In this document: one piece after another, positions 21,104 through 33,172 of the stretch
Layout: each line of letters starts with the position of its first letter
Position numbering within the stretch: the stretch's first letter is position 1
NCBI GenBank assembly: GCA_002269645.1
Contig: NIVC01004038.1
Span: 1 to 63,369 of the forward strand
Reading direction: 5' to 3'
Source of the DNA: Macrostomum lignano
Lineage: Eukaryota
DNA: 63,369 nucleotides
Position numbers and translations under genes: made by a program
Notes under the pieces: model-generated
The model's input: the letters and a program-made list of their open reading frames with translations, nothing else
Told to the model about the DNA's origin: nothing
The model's database searches: none

Positions 21104-24100
21104 ATGAGCGAAGACCACACGACAGTTGCTGAGATGCAGCCGCAGACTTCCATCTGTGCAGATGGCGATGAGGCAGCACCAGAGGGCTCATCAGCGACTC
21201 AAGAGGCAGCAGAAGAAGCGGCCGCAGAACCGGAAGTGGAAGCGGATGCAGACTCCCCACCAGTGTCGCTAAAGGTCATCTTCAATAAGCGCAAGATTGA
21301 CCTGACCTTGCCGGTCTCGGCTAAGGTCATCTCTCTGAAACGGCAGCTTCAGGAATTGACTGGCGTTCCGGTTGACATGCAGAAGCTCATGTTCAGAGGC
21401 CTCTGCCATGACGATCGGCGACTCAGTGAGCTCGGGGTCGGCGACGGTGCCAAGCTGATGCTCGTGGGCAGCACGCCGGACAGCTTGGCGTCGGTACGGC
21501 GTCAGGACGCGGCTGGCGAAGCGGCTGATGTCAGGTAGGCGATTCAGCTCGTGTGTGAGGTGGTGTGTCTGATTGTGGTCTGGCCGAGATTGGATGTGTC
21601 TGTCCGCTTGTGTCTGGTTGTGGCCTGGCCGAGATTGGATGTGTCTGTCCGCTTGTGTCCGCTTGTGTCTGGTTGTGGCCTGGCCGAAATTGGATGTGTC
21701 TGTCCGCTTGTGTCCGCTTGTGTCTGGTTGTGGCCTGGCCGATATATGATGTGTCCGTGTCTGCTTGTGGCCTGGCCGAGATTGGATGTGTCCGTCCGCT
21801 TGTGTCTGCTTGTGGCCTGGCCGAGATTGGATGTGTCCGTCCGCTTGTGTCTGCTTGTGGCCTGGCCGAGATTGGATGTGTCTGAGTCTACTTGTGTCTG
21901 GTTGTGGCCTGGCCGAGATTGGATGTGTCTGAGTCCACTTGTGTCTGGTTGTGGTCTGGCCGAGATTTGATGTGTCTGAGTCCACTTGTGTCTGCTTGTG
22001 GCCTGGCCGAGATGGGATGTGTCTGTGTCCACTTGTGTCTGGTTGTGGCCTGGCCGAGATTGGATGTGTCCGTCCGCTTGTGTCTGCTTGTGGCCTGGCC
22101 GAGATTGGATGTGTCTGAGTCTACTTGTGTCTGGTTGTGGTCTGGCCGAGATTGGATGTGTCTGAGTCCACTTGTGTCTGCTTGTGGCCTGGCCGAGATG
22201 GGATGTGTCTGTGTCCGCTTGTGTCTGGTTGTGGTCTGGCCGAGATTGGATGTGTCTGAGTCCACTTGTGTCTGGTTGTGGTCTGGCCGAGATTGGATGT
22301 GTCTGAGTCCACTTGTGTCTGCTTGTGGCCTGGCCGAGATGGGATGTGTCTGTGTCCGCTTGTGTCTGGTTGTGGTCTGGCCGAGATTGAATGTGTCTGA
22401 GTCCACTTGTGTCTGCTTGTGGTCTGGCCGAGATTGGATGTGTCTGAGTCCACTTGTGTCTGCTTGTGGCCTGGCCGAGATGGGATGTGTCTGTGTCCAC
22501 TTGTGTCTGGTTGTGGCCTGGCCGAGATTGGATGTGTCCGTCCGCTTGTGTCTGCTTGTGGCATGGCCGAGATTGGATGTGTCTGAGTCCACTTGTGTCT
22601 GGTTGTGGCCTGGCCGAGATTGGATGTGTCTGAGTCCACTTGTGTCTGCTTGTGGCCTGGCCGAGATGGGATGTGTCTGTGTCCACTTGTGTCTGGTTGT
22701 GGCCTGGCCGAGATGGGATGTGTCCGTCCGCTTGTGTCTGCTTGTGACCTGGCCGAGATTGGATGTGTCTGAGTCCACTTGTGTCTGGTTGTGGTCTGGC
22801 CGAGATTGGATGTGTCTGAGTCCACTTGTGTCTGGTTGTGGCCTGGCCGAGATTGGATGTGTCTGAGTCCACTTGTGTCTGCTTGTGGCCTGGCCGAGAT
22901 GGGATGTGTCTGTGTCCACTTGTGTCTGGTTGTGGCCTGGCCGAGATGGGATGTGTCCGTCCGCTTGTGTCTGCTTGTGACCTGGCCGAGATTGGATGTG
23001 TCTGAGTCCACTTGTGTCTGGTTGTGGTCTGGCCGAGATTTGATGTGTCTGAGTCCACTTGTGTCTGCTTGTGGCCTGGCCGAGATGGGATGTGTCTGTG
23101 TCCACTTGTGTCTGGTTGTGGCCTGGCCGAGATGGGATGTGTCTGTGTCCACTTGTGTCTGCTTGTGGCCTGGCCGAGATGGGATGTCTGTGTCCGGGTG
23201 AGCAATTTCGCTCAAACGTTGGTCCGCAGGTCGAAAGCGAACAATCCAGGCAACTCAGATGGCGCTGGCGCGGTTCGTCTGTCGCAGCGCGACCTGCACC
23301 GCCGAGTGCTGGACAAGTACGGCCGGCCGGACGACCTGACGCCCGGAATTCTCAATGCCAACTTGCCGCTGCCCCCGGCCCCGCTTAGTGGCATGTACAA
23401 TCGGCAGGGTGCCAAGGTATTTGGGGCCGTTTGACCTGAACTGCAACTAAGACTGGAGTTGTCCCACCGGCATGATAATTGCCCCTACAAAATGAGAATC
23501 ACACCCCCCCCCCAAACATAAGAATCGCCTCCCAAACATAAAAATCCCCCCAAACATGAGAATCGCCCCCCAAACATGAGAATTCCCCCCCAAAATGAAT
23601 ATGCCCCCCATGCTGAGAATGCCCTCCCCCAAACATGAGAATCGCCCCCCCCCCAACATGAGAATCGCCCCCACCAACACGAGAATCGCCCCCACCAACA
23701 CGAGAATCGCCTACACCAACACGAGAATCGCCCCCACCAACACGAGAATCGCCCCCCCCAAACACGAGAATCGCCCCCACCAAGACGAGAATCGCCACCC
23801 CAAACATGAGAATCGCCCCCACCAACACGAGAATCGCCCCCCCCAAACATGAGAATCGCCCCCACCAACACGAGAATCGCCCCCACCAACACGAGAATCG
23901 CCCCCACCAACACGAGAATCGCCCCATCAAACATGAGAATCGCCCCCACCAACACGAGAACCGCCAGCATCCGCCTGCCTGCCCGCAGGTTCGATTGACA
24001 TTCAAGCTGGAAATCGACCAGCTGTGGATCGGAACTAAGGAGCGCACCAACAAGATCCCGATGTCGTCAATCAAGCGGATAGTCAGCGAGCCCATCGAAG

Positions 24101-24219
24101 GCCAGGAGGCGCACCACATTGTCGGACTGCAGCTGGGCACCACAGAGCAGTCCATGTACTGGCTGTACTGGGTGCCCTGCCAGTACGTACGAGCTATTCA
24201 AACCACTATTGGTACTTGA
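21104..24219 (+). CDS. UBFD1: Ubiquitin domain-containing protein UBFD1 (about 282 aa); exons 21104-21534, 23230-23416, 23989-24219
   Basis: UBL domain (LKVIFNK...QKLMFRGL...LMLVGS) followed by PLSGMYN..G.KVRLTFKLE.DQLWIGTKERT...YWLYWVP, the conserved UBFD1 C-terminus; GT-AG junctions are phase-compatible. Confidence 0.93.
21560..23197. repeat. Intronic composite minisatellite (about 40-47-bp variants of CTTGTGTCTGGTTGTGGCCTGGCCGAGATTGGATGTGT)
   Basis: Tandem array filling UBFD1 intron 1; source of the 553-, 405- and 364-aa spurious ORFs. Confidence 0.95.
23480..23965. repeat. Intronic minisatellite, 21-bp unit (CACGAGAATCGCCCCCACCAA)
   Basis: Tandem array in UBFD1 intron 2. Confidence 0.93.
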
Positions 24220-24554
24220 TTTGCAGAGCTGCAAAGGTTCAACTGCATGCGCGAATGAAGGCTTTCTACTTGTTACATAGTTATGTTCCTTAGATCTACT
24301 TTCAGTTGCGTAATCATTCTGTTCCGTTCGCTCGGTAAATTATTTTTTTCTCTAATAGCGTACGCGCCCTCTGCTGTAAAACACTGCCCGAGATAAACTC
24401 TGGTCTCTATTCGCTAGGCATAATTTTTGCGGCAAGGTTTTTGCACTTTGACTGGCTGCCGCTACCCTTTGCCTACTTCAGGGGCCAAACAGTAACGATT
24501 TAAGCGCTCTGGCGAATGCTGCCTGCTGCGCTTGTGACAGAACCGCTTTCTGCT

Positions 24555-25325
24555 CAAATTCCCACATCACGGAGATCGCCCCAGTTACTCCAGAATCCTC
24601 TCCGCCACATCACGTAGATCGCCCCAGTTACTCCAGAATCCTCTCTGCTACATCACGTAGATCGCCCCAGTTACTCCAGAATCCTCTCCGCCACATCACG
24701 TAGATCGCCCCAGTTACTCCAGAATCCTCTCCGCCACATCACGTAGATCGCCCCAGTTACACCAGAATCCTCTCTGCTACATCATTGAGGTCGCCCCAGT
24801 TACTCCAGAATCCTCCTCGCCACATCACGTAGATCGCCCCAGTTACTCCAGAATCCTCTGTCTCACCGTGGAGATCTCCCCAGTTACACCAGAATCCTCT
24901 CTGCTACATCATTGAGGTCGCCCCAGTTACTCCAGAATCCTCTCTGCTACATCATTGAGGTCGCCCCAGTTACTCCAGAATCCTCTCTGCTACATCATTG
25001 AGGTCGCCCCAGTTACTCCAGAATCCTCTCTGCTAAATCATTGAGGTCGCCCCAGTTACTCCAGAATCCTCTCTGCTACATAATTGAGGTCGCCCCAGTT
25101 ACTCCAGAATCCTCTCTGCTACATCATTGAGGTCGCCCCAGTTACTCCAGAATTCTCTCTGCTACATCATTGAGGTCGCCCCAGTTACTCCAGAATCCTC
25201 TCTGCTACATCATTGAGGTCGCCCCAGTTACACCAGAATCCTCTCTGCTACATCATTGAGGTCGCCCCAGTTACTCCAGAATCCTCTCTGCTACATCATT
25301 GAGGTCGCCCCAGTTACTCCAAAAT
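24555..25325. repeat. Intergenic minisatellite, 43-bp unit (TCGCCCCAGTTACTCCAGAATCCTCTCTGCTACATCATTGAGG)
   Basis: Direct periodicity of 43 nt. Confidence 0.95.
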
Positions 25326-26321
25326 CCTTTGTCACACCGTGGACTTTATACAAAGTTAAATTTTCTGAGCACAAAAGTGTCCCAGACCACCTGTGTTCAT
25401 TGTTTAATGCGCTCTCATTTGTAACTCGCCTGTCCACTATCCATTGCAGTCCTTCTAATGCTTACGTTTCGCCAATTTTATTCAAGGGCTAACTTCGAAG
25501 CTCCTCAGTTGAAATTGTTGGTTCTGGTGCAACCGCTTTCTCATTTCAATTTCCCAACTTGGGAACTGAAGTACGCGAATTTATTTTCTTGATTTGGTAG
25601 TTTTCGGAGCTCTAGTGAGTTTGCTTTAGTGCGTTACTACTATTTTGTGCAGGCTTGTCAGTAGTATGCTCAACTTAATCAAGCCCAGGTGCGCCCAGAC
25701 AAGTGTAATATTGAGCGGCCAGTGCGGTTGGCACCTGCTAGCTGGCGGTGATTTTCATATGCATTCTCGCCGATTATGGTCAGTTTACTGTTTCTTTAAT
25801 AAAAGCAGACATTGCTTGTTCTTGTGGTTTTGCCAATTCTTTCGTATTTTTTGTTTTACTTTTGGCTCCCATCTCTAGTCTGTGCATACAATTCTAGGGG
25901 TCCTAGGCTCGAACTCTTATGTTGTCAATTGAATTGTCAAAGGTCAAAGCTCGATACTATAGCTACTAATACTAGTTTTAGGAGGTCATTGGTTCGATGT
26001 CTATTCTGGCCATACAATATTTAAAGGTCCTTCCCTCTTTCTCTCTCGAGTCGAGTCCTGCGGATTCTCGAGGCCTTTTTGCCCGGTCTCCAGCTTTGTC
26101 TTGGCTCATAGTTGCCCCATATCTTGCCTCAAGATTCACCTGCCGAAGTCCTGGGCTCTTTATTAGAGGCAGGGGGGTTGTGTGCACCCTGGCGCACTTT
26201 AAGCGACATAGGCACACAACCGGCGAGAGGCATTACTGCCCATTCCGCCGACTCCCCTGAGCAGGCATACAAGCGCGCGGATACGTACGCAGGCACACAC
26301 TCTCACAGGAGAGCGGCCCTA

Positions 26322-26512
26322 ACTTTATATTATCGTTAGGCATGTACACTTCACTGCGCCTTGGGGGGTTGGCTCTCAAGGCCGTTAATTGCACGAGCAA
26401 AGCCAAGCCGAGATTCCAATTCACCCCCAAATTAATGTGACTGCACTTGGAATTGAGCCTGGGTTGCTGGCACACCAGAGCAGCTGCGCTAGACCGCTGG
26501 GCTACGGCCCCC
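26322..26512 (-). mobile_element. tRNA-derived SINE, family A copy 1
   Basis: Minus strand starts GGGGCCGTAGCCCAGCGG (A box) and contains CAGGCTCAATTCC (B-box-like); related copies at 50228-50415 and 51631-51679. Confidence 0.75.
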
Positions 26513-26574
26513 TCGAGATCCTGGCCTCGATCTCATCGAATATTCTGGCACGCGATTTTCAGCAGTCCATCCTC

Positions 26575-28003
26575 ATGCGAAGTCGAGATCGGCGCCCAGC
26601 TTTACAGGTGGCCTCCATACAGCAGTCTGGCCATGATGCGGCTGAGGAGGCTACGCCCGCCTGCCCGCTGCACGGCCCCATGCTCGCCCTGGTGTTGCGC
26701 GACGGCGCCGGTCGATTCACCCGGCGCCACTGCTGCTCCTTCACCAGGCGGCCTGGCGCCTGCTCGGCCGAGTCCGGCGCGGCCTCCGCCTTGTCAGCGC
26801 CGAACTGCTGCCGCTTGGACGAAGCCCTCGCCACGCCGCGCCGGCTGCGCGCCTACTGCCTGGACTGCGGCCGGCTGGCACTCGGCAGCTCCGAGCTGGC
26901 GGCCTGCGCCACCCACCGGCTGCTGCCGCGGCTACCGAGGCGGCGCCTGCTGGCCCCCACCGGCTTCCTGCCGGCGCTCACCGCCCGGCAGTCCTCGCAG
27001 TACTTCTTCTCCCCGCCCAGCCTGGCCTACCTGCTCCGCCTGGTGCGCCGCCTCCGCTGCCGGCAGCTCGTCTGCGTCGGCTGCCCCCGCCTGCACGAGG
27101 CCGCCCGCTACGCCATCGGCGGCCGGCGCTGCCGCAGCCTCCTGCTTGACGCCGACCTGCGGTTAACCGAATTCTTCCCCGACTCTCTGGCCTTCAACAT
27201 GTTCAACGCCGCGTTCCTGCGACCGGGTGGGCGAGACAGATTCGTCAGCTGGCTGGCGGCCAAGCGGGGCTTGGACTCCGTCTGCCTCATTGTGGCTGAC
27301 CCGCCCTTTGGCGGCCTGCTGACCCCCTTGATGGACTGCCTGCAGCACCTGGCAGATCTCGCCGCGGCTGCCGGCCACTGCGAGGTGGGAAACTCTTGTT
27401 TTCACCTGACCTATCAGATCTGTCTCACCTGTCCTATCAGATCTGTCTCACCTGTCCTATCAGATCTGTCTCACCTGTCCTATCAGATCTGTCTCACCTC
27501 TCCTATCAGATCTGTCTCACCTGTCCTATCAGATCTGTCTCACCTGTCCTATCAGATCTGTCTCACCTGTCCTATCAGATCTGTCTCACCTGTCCTATTC
27601 ACAGCAACCGAGCGCCAACCCCTCCCCGCATTCCCGGCAGGTGTTCACAGCCGTGGCGGCGCCCTACTACCTGGGCAAGCGGTGGCTGCGGCCCCGGCTT
27701 AGCCTGCACGACTGCCAGCTGAGTTACGCCAATCACGCCAAGCTGCGCAGCGCCTCGGTCTCTGCCGTCCGCCTGTTCTCCAACGTGCCCGAGTCCCGCC
27801 TGCCGCCGCCTCCCGGCACCAGCTGGTGCCCCGTCTGCGCCCGCCACTCGGCCCACTGGAATCCGCATTGTGCAGCCTGCGGCACGTGCGCCACGGTGCA
27901 CCCGCCTGCCCGGCTGCACTGCCAGAGCTGCAACAGATGCGTCAAGGCCAAGTATATCGACTCCCACGACTGCCGGTCTGGCTTGTCGGCGAAGGAGAAC
28001 TGA
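26575..28003 (+). CDS. ZCCHC4: rRNA N6-adenosine methyltransferase ZCCHC4 (about 390 aa); exons 26575-27384, 27641-28003
   Basis: N-terminal CPLHGP zinc finger; QYFF..; VCVGCPRLHE; LLLDAD; FNMFN; catalytic DPPFGG; VRLFSN; Cys-rich C-terminus (C..C...N.HC..CG.C); phase-0 intron. Confidence 0.9.
27404..27598. repeat. Intronic minisatellite, 23-bp unit (TGTCTCACCTGTCCTATCAGATC)
   Basis: Tandem array in the ZCCHC4 intron. Confidence 0.93.
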
Positions 28004-28159
28004 GCTGCTTACAGAGATGCATTTGCTTGCGATGAAGAAATCTGCTCTGTACATTTCTGATGCACTTGAAACTGCCAGAATGCACCGTGCTCAATCTTCT
28101 TGAAGTCTAAACATCTTCGTTTTCTGTTTTGCTTTCTTTGTTACTTCCCAAGTTCGTAG

Positions 28160-28682
28160 GAAACTGCTGCTACCCCTCCATGTCACCTGAGTAGGCTGCT
28201 GCTACCGCTCCATGTCACCTGAGTAGGCTGCTGCTACCCCTCCATGTCACTTGTTTAGGATGCTGCTTCCCTTCCCTGACACTTGAGTAGGCTGCTGCTT
28301 CCCTTCCCTGACACTTGAGTAGGCTGCTGCTTCCCTGACACTTGAGTAGGCTGCTGCTTCCCTGACACTTGAGTAGGCTGCTGCTTCCCTGTCACTTGAG
28401 TAGGCTGCTGCTTCCCTTCCCTGTCACTTGAGTAGGCTGCTGCTTCCCTTCCCTGACACTTGAGTAGGCTACTGCTTCCCTGTCACTTGAGTAGGCTGCT
28501 GCTTCCCTTCCCTGACACTTGAGTAGGCTGCTGCTTCCCTTCCCTGACACTTGAGTAGGCTGCTGCTTCCCTTACACTTGAGTAGGCTGCTGCTTCCCTG
28601 ACACTTGAGTAGGCTGCTGCTTCCCTTCCCTGACACTTGAGTAGGCTGCTGCTTCCCTGTCACTTGAGTAGGCTGCTGCTTC
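28160..28682. repeat. Intergenic minisatellite, 27-32-bp unit (CACTTGAGTAGGCTGCTGCTTCCC[TTCCC]TGA)
   Basis: Tandem array between ZCCHC4 and CSTF2. Confidence 0.93.
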
Positions 28683-28737
28683 CGAAGTCCTTGAGCTGGC
28701 CTTATCTCACAAGCTCACCTAATCACGGATCGCTATA

Positions 28738-28754
28738 ACTCAATTTATTGCATG
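28738..28754 (+). other. Genomically encoded 3' end of a flatworm spliced leader (ACTCAATTTATTGCATG), ending on the CSTF2 ATG
   Basis: The 17-mer is seen directly. Its identity to the Macrostomum lignano SL 3' end (...GCGAAGACTCAATTTATTGCATG) is from memory and needs verification. Confidence 0.75.
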
Positions 28755-30581
28755 CAATCCAAAATGGCAGCCCCAGGCCCCCAGCAACTGCAGCAGCAGC
28801 AGCAGCAAATGCTTCAGCAGCAGCAAGCCGCGGCTGACAGGCAAAGCCAAGGCCAGCGCGAGCGCGAGGCCCTGGAGCGGACCGCCCGCTCCATATTCGT
28901 TGGCAACATCCCCTACGAAGCGTCTGAGGACCGGCTGAAGGAGATGTTCGAGCAGGCCGGGCCCGTCATCGGCTTCCGCCTCGTGTATGACAGGGAGACC
29001 GGCAAGCCCAAGGGCTACGGCTTCTGCGAGTACAAGGACCTGCCTACCGCCCAGGCTGCCCTGCGCAATCTGCAGAATATCGAGTTCTGCGGCAGGCCGC
29101 TGCGCATCGGCCCGGCCGCTGGCGAGCAGAACCAGCAGCAGCAGCAGCAACAGCAGGACGGCCAGGGCCATGGCCCCGGCGTCTCCGGCCCGCCAGTGGA
29201 CTCGCCTTATGGGGAGAAGGTGGGAGCGGGAGCTCTTGGGATTCTGTATGCTGTAGGGAGGGATAAGCGGCAGTGGATGTGGACACAGGGAAGGGGGTAA
29301 GGGACAAAAAAGGATAAGGGTCAGGGAAGGGGGTAAAGGACAAAAAAGGGATAAGGGTCAGGGAAGGGGATAAGGGATGAAAAAGGGATAAGGATCAGGG
29401 AAGGGGAAAAGGGACAAAAAAGGATAAGGGTCAGGGAAGGGGATAAGGGACAAAAAAGGGATAAGGGTCAGGGAAGGGGATAAGGGATGAAAAAGGGATA
29501 AGGATCAGGGAAGGGGATAAGGGACAAAAAAGGGATAAGGGTCAGGGAAGGGGATAAGGGACAAAAAAGGGATAAGGATCAGGGAAGGGGATAAGGGATG
29601 AAAAAGGGATAAGGATCAGGGAAGGGGATAAGGGATGAAAAAGGGATAAGGATCAGGGAAGGGGATAAGGGATAAAAAAGGGATAAGGATCAGGGAAGGG
29701 GATAAGGGATGAAAAAGGGATAAGGATCAGGGAAGAGGATAAGGGACAGGGAAGGGAATAAGGGACAGGGAAGGAGATTAGGGAGAAGGAAGGGGATAAA
29801 GGACAAGGAAGGGTACATGTTAAGCAAGAGGGAGGTGATAAGCGAGATGAGTGAAAAGCTGGGATAAGAAACAACAATGTAAATTCAGGTAAAAAGCCAA
29901 CCCCAAATCGCCCAGGTGGACCCAAAGAACGCGCCGGAGGAGATCAGCCGGGCGGTTGCCAGCCTGCCGCCCGAGCAGATGTTCGAGCTGATGCGTCAGA
30001 TGAAGCAGTGCATTCAGAACAACCCGCACGAGGCCCGCAACATGCTGCTGCAGAACCCACAGCTGGCCTACGCCCTGCTGCAGGCTCAGATTGTGATGAA
30101 GCTGGTTGACCCCAAGGTGGCCATCGCTATGCTGAGCAGAACCACTGAGCAGATTCCGCCCGTAATGCCAGTCGATCAGCCAATGCAGCAGCAGCAGCAG
30201 CACTACCAGCACCAGCCGCCTCAGCCTCCGCAGCCTCCGATGCAGCAGCAGATGTACCACCATCACCAACCGCCGCCGCCTCCGCCACCACAACATCAGC
30301 AGCAGATGTACCCGCAGCAGCAGCAGCAGCAGCCGTACCGCCAGCCGCCACCGCCGCCGCCGCCCCAGGCGCAGCCGCAGCAACCGCAGCAGCCGCAGTC
30401 TTCGCAGGGCAGCGGCGCTCAGCTGTCGATGGGCGCCATCGCCGGCGGAGATCAGGAGAAGGCGGCGCTCATCATGCAGGTGCTGCAGCTGTCAGATGAG
30501 CAAATCCACATGCTGCCTGAGGACCAGCGCCGGTCCATTATGATTCTTAAAGAGCAGCTGGCCAAGGCTGGTCACATCTGA
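28752..30581 (+). CDS. CSTF2: Cleavage stimulation factor 64-kDa subunit (about 377 aa); exons 28752-29219, 29916-30581
   Basis: RRM (SIFVGNIPYE...KPKGYGFCEY); hinge (ISRAVASLPPEQMFELMRQMK...QNPQLAYALLQAQ); C-terminal EKAALIMQVLQLSDEQI.MLP..QR.SI.ILKEQ; phase-0 intron. Confidence 0.96.
29297..29790. repeat. Intronic purine-rich minisatellite (about 34-35 bp; GGGATAAGGGACAAAAAAGGGATAAGGGTCAGGGAAG)
   Basis: Tandem GGG-rich array in the CSTF2 intron. Confidence 0.92.
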
Positions 30582-30892
30582 CTCAATGTGTGCTCATTGC
30601 CGCTGTCATTTATTCACTCTGGTTTAGTGCCGGCTTAGGCATCAGGCATTGTTCCTGCTGATCTCTGCTGGTGTTCCGGTACTGGCTGGCTACTAGTAAA
30701 CTGTTGATAGGACAATGCAAAAGCTAATCAACTCTGCTGTCATTCTGTAATGTTTGCTACTCAATGACTGTTCAATATGATCAATTAAAATGTTCCTGTG
30801 CAAAATATTTTTGGCTTCTGGGTTTCAGTGTTCGTTTTTTACCGAGTGTGCATATCAGAAGCTGTTTGCATCAGGTTGCCGCCTTGTCCTTG

Positions 30893-31067
30893 TCCTTCAG
30901 TGAGCTGCTGCACCCCTCTCTCGATCCTTCAGTGAGCTGCTGCACCCCTCTCTCAATCATTCAGTGAGCTGCTGCACCCCTCTCTCAATCATTCAGTGAG
31001 CTGCTGCACCCCTCTCTCAATCCTTCAGTGAGCTGCTGCACCCCTCTCTCAATCATTCAGTGAGCTG
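30893..31067. repeat. Intergenic minisatellite, 32-bp unit (TCAGTGAGCTGCTGCACCCCTCTCTCAATCAT)
   Basis: About 5 tandem copies between CSTF2 and RBM7. Confidence 0.9.
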
Positions 31068-31168
31068 TTACCTGTTACATCCTGATCCTAGTCCTTCAGA
31101 AAGCAGTCCCCAAGTATCTCAAAGCATTCACAATGGTGCATTTTACTTTTGCAGCGTTTCTGGACTTC

Positions 31169-32498
31169 ATGGACGACAATAGCCGCGAGAGAACCCTGTG
31201 GGTTGGCAACCTGGGCCCCGATGTGACTGCGGACCTGCTCACCGAGCTCTTCCTGCAGTCCGGCCCGCTCGAGTGTCCCGTGAAACTCGTGGCCGGCAAG
31301 GATGGCAAAAATGGCTACGCGTTCGTCACCTTCAAACACGAGGAGTCGGTGCTCTATGCCTGCCGCCTGTTTAGGGTGAGTGGCGTCTGCCAGATGCCGT
31401 GGCACAGGCAGTGATGCAAGTAGTGTCACTGGCAGTGATGCAAGTAGTGTCACAGACTGATGCAAGTAGTGTCACAGACAGTGATGCAAGTAGTGTCACA
31501 GACAGTGATGCAAGTAGTGTCACAGGCAGTGATGCAAGTGTCACAGACAGTGATGCAAGTGTCACAGACAGTGATGCAAGTGTCACAGACAGTGATGCAA
31601 GTGTCACAGACAGTGATGCAAGTGTCACTGGCAGTGATGCAAGTAGTGTCACAGACAGTGATGCAAGTAGTGTCACAGACAGTGATGCAAGTAGTGTCAC
31701 AGACAGTGATGCAAGTAGTGTCACAGGCAGTGATGCAAGTGTCACAGGCAGTGATGCAAGTAGTGTCACAAGTAGTGAGTATTGTATAGAGAGACTGTCA
31801 CAGGTAGTGAGTATTATTACAGATACTGTCACAGGTAGTGAGTATTATTACAGATACTGTCACAAGTAGTGAGTATTATTACAGATACTGTCACAGGTAG
31901 TGGGTATTATTACAGATACTGTCACAGGTAGTGGGTATTATTACAGATACTGTCACAGGTTAGTTGAGCTCACCCACCATCCTGTCATCTTGTTGCGCAG
32001 AGTTTGCGCCTGTGCGGCGCCGAACTCCTCGTGAAGCCGCGCCAGGGCAGCGGCCACGAGCGCCAGTGGCAGGAGATTCTGCCGACAGAGCGGCTGGCCG
32101 ACCGGGAACGGGCCGACAGAGCCGCTCGGGAGGCCCGCAGCGACCACCGGCGGCAGCATCAGCGCCACCGCCAGCTTCCGCAGCCTCCGATGCCGCCGCC
32201 GCCCCCGCCAAGCTTCCCTCTCCTGCCTCCGCCGCAGCTGCCGCAACATCAGCGCCAGCATCAGCAAGCTGGCAACTTTCTGCTGCCGCCGCCACCGCCG
32301 CTCCCTCCGCCAGTTGTTCACCACCAGCAGCACCATCATCAGCAGCATCATCAGCACCACCAGCATCAGCAGCACCAGCAACATCACCAGCAGCATCATC
32401 AGAATCAGCGCCACCATCAGCAGCACGGCATTAAGCGATCAACCAGCGACAGCGGATTCAACAGCCACTATGGCCGAAATAAGCAGGCCCGATTTTAA
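31169..32498 (+). CDS. RBM7: RBM7/RBM11-family RRM protein (about 234 aa); exons 31169-31375, 32001-32498
   Basis: RTLWVGNL...VT..LL.ELFLQSGP...YAFVTFKHEESV.YA..LF..LRL.G..L.VKPRQGSGH matches the RBM7 RRM; Q/H/P-rich tail; strong upstream acceptor TTTTACTTTTGCAG at 31141-31154. Confidence 0.85.
31405..31960. repeat. Two adjacent intronic minisatellites (21/24-bp GCAGTGATGCAAGT[AGT]GTCACAG; 31-bp CTGTCACAGGTAGTGAGTATTATTACAGATA)
   Basis: Tandem arrays in the RBM7 intron. Confidence 0.92.
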
Positions 32499-32844
32499 AC
32501 AATACGGTTGCCCATACGAGCTAACGACAGATGAAAAATATATTCGCGTCGGGGTTCCTGGATCGATCAATATTGATTTTTCTCAGTCTGCGATGCATTT
32601 GAGCAGCTTTTTTTGTTTCTTAATTTTAGTTTCAGCTTTGAATAGCTCGTAAATAATGTGCATCAATTTGCTTGTAAACAGTTTTTCACTGGGCACTGTA
32701 AGCAGTGCGCTCCTTCTGTCTACTATAAGTACTGTACTAAGTGATTGTTTCTCTCTTGTAAAAATTCCGGTGCTTTTATGAAGCTAAATTGATGACGGTG
32801 CTGGCTTGTATTTTTATATGCATATGCTTACTAGATTATACTCA

Positions 32845-33128
32845 ACCTGAGGCTAGATAAACACTCCCTCTCAAGTCTCAGGTAAACATTCTGTCTCAGG
32901 CTAGGTAAACACTATCTGAGGCTAGGTAAACACTCAATCTCAGGCTTGGTAAACACTATCTGAGGCTAGGTAAACACTCAATCTCAGGCTTGGTAACCAC
33001 TTTATCTCAGGCTTGGTAAACACTATCTGAAGCTAGGCAAACACTTCATCTCAGGCTTGGTAAACTCTATCTGAAGCTAGGTAAACACTATCTGAAGCTA
33101 GGCAAACTTTTTATCCGGCTAGGTAAGT
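32845..33128. repeat. Minisatellite upstream of NUBP2 (about 21-23-bp alternating units with CTAGGTAAAC)
   Basis: Tandem array ending in CTAGGTAAGT. Confidence 0.88.
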
Positions 33129-33172
33129 GCCTCATATTTTTGCAAGACAGACAGCCAACCTCGCTGCAATTG

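Noticed and set aside
21269-23434. Long ORFs of 238-553 aa with repetitive peptides
   Set aside because: They are translations of the UBFD1 intron 1 minisatellite, whose unit lacks stops in several frames. The same applies to repeat ORFs at 2-2.8, 39.6-40.1, 47-48, 56.9-57.3 and 58.7-60 kb.
24555-25325. Regular 43-bp repeats superficially like a CRISPR array
   Set aside because: No unique spacers, no cas genes, eukaryotic context.
26389-26574. N-terminal extension of ZCCHC4 suggested by the ORF track
   Set aside because: It is largely an antisense SINE; an acceptor at 26562 and ATG at 26575 better fit homology.
31118-31142. Weak SL-like similarity (ATTCACAATGGTGCATT) upstream of RBM7
   Set aside because: Only about half the positions match and it does not end in ATG; compatible with chance. 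No SL relic was found at the other genes.
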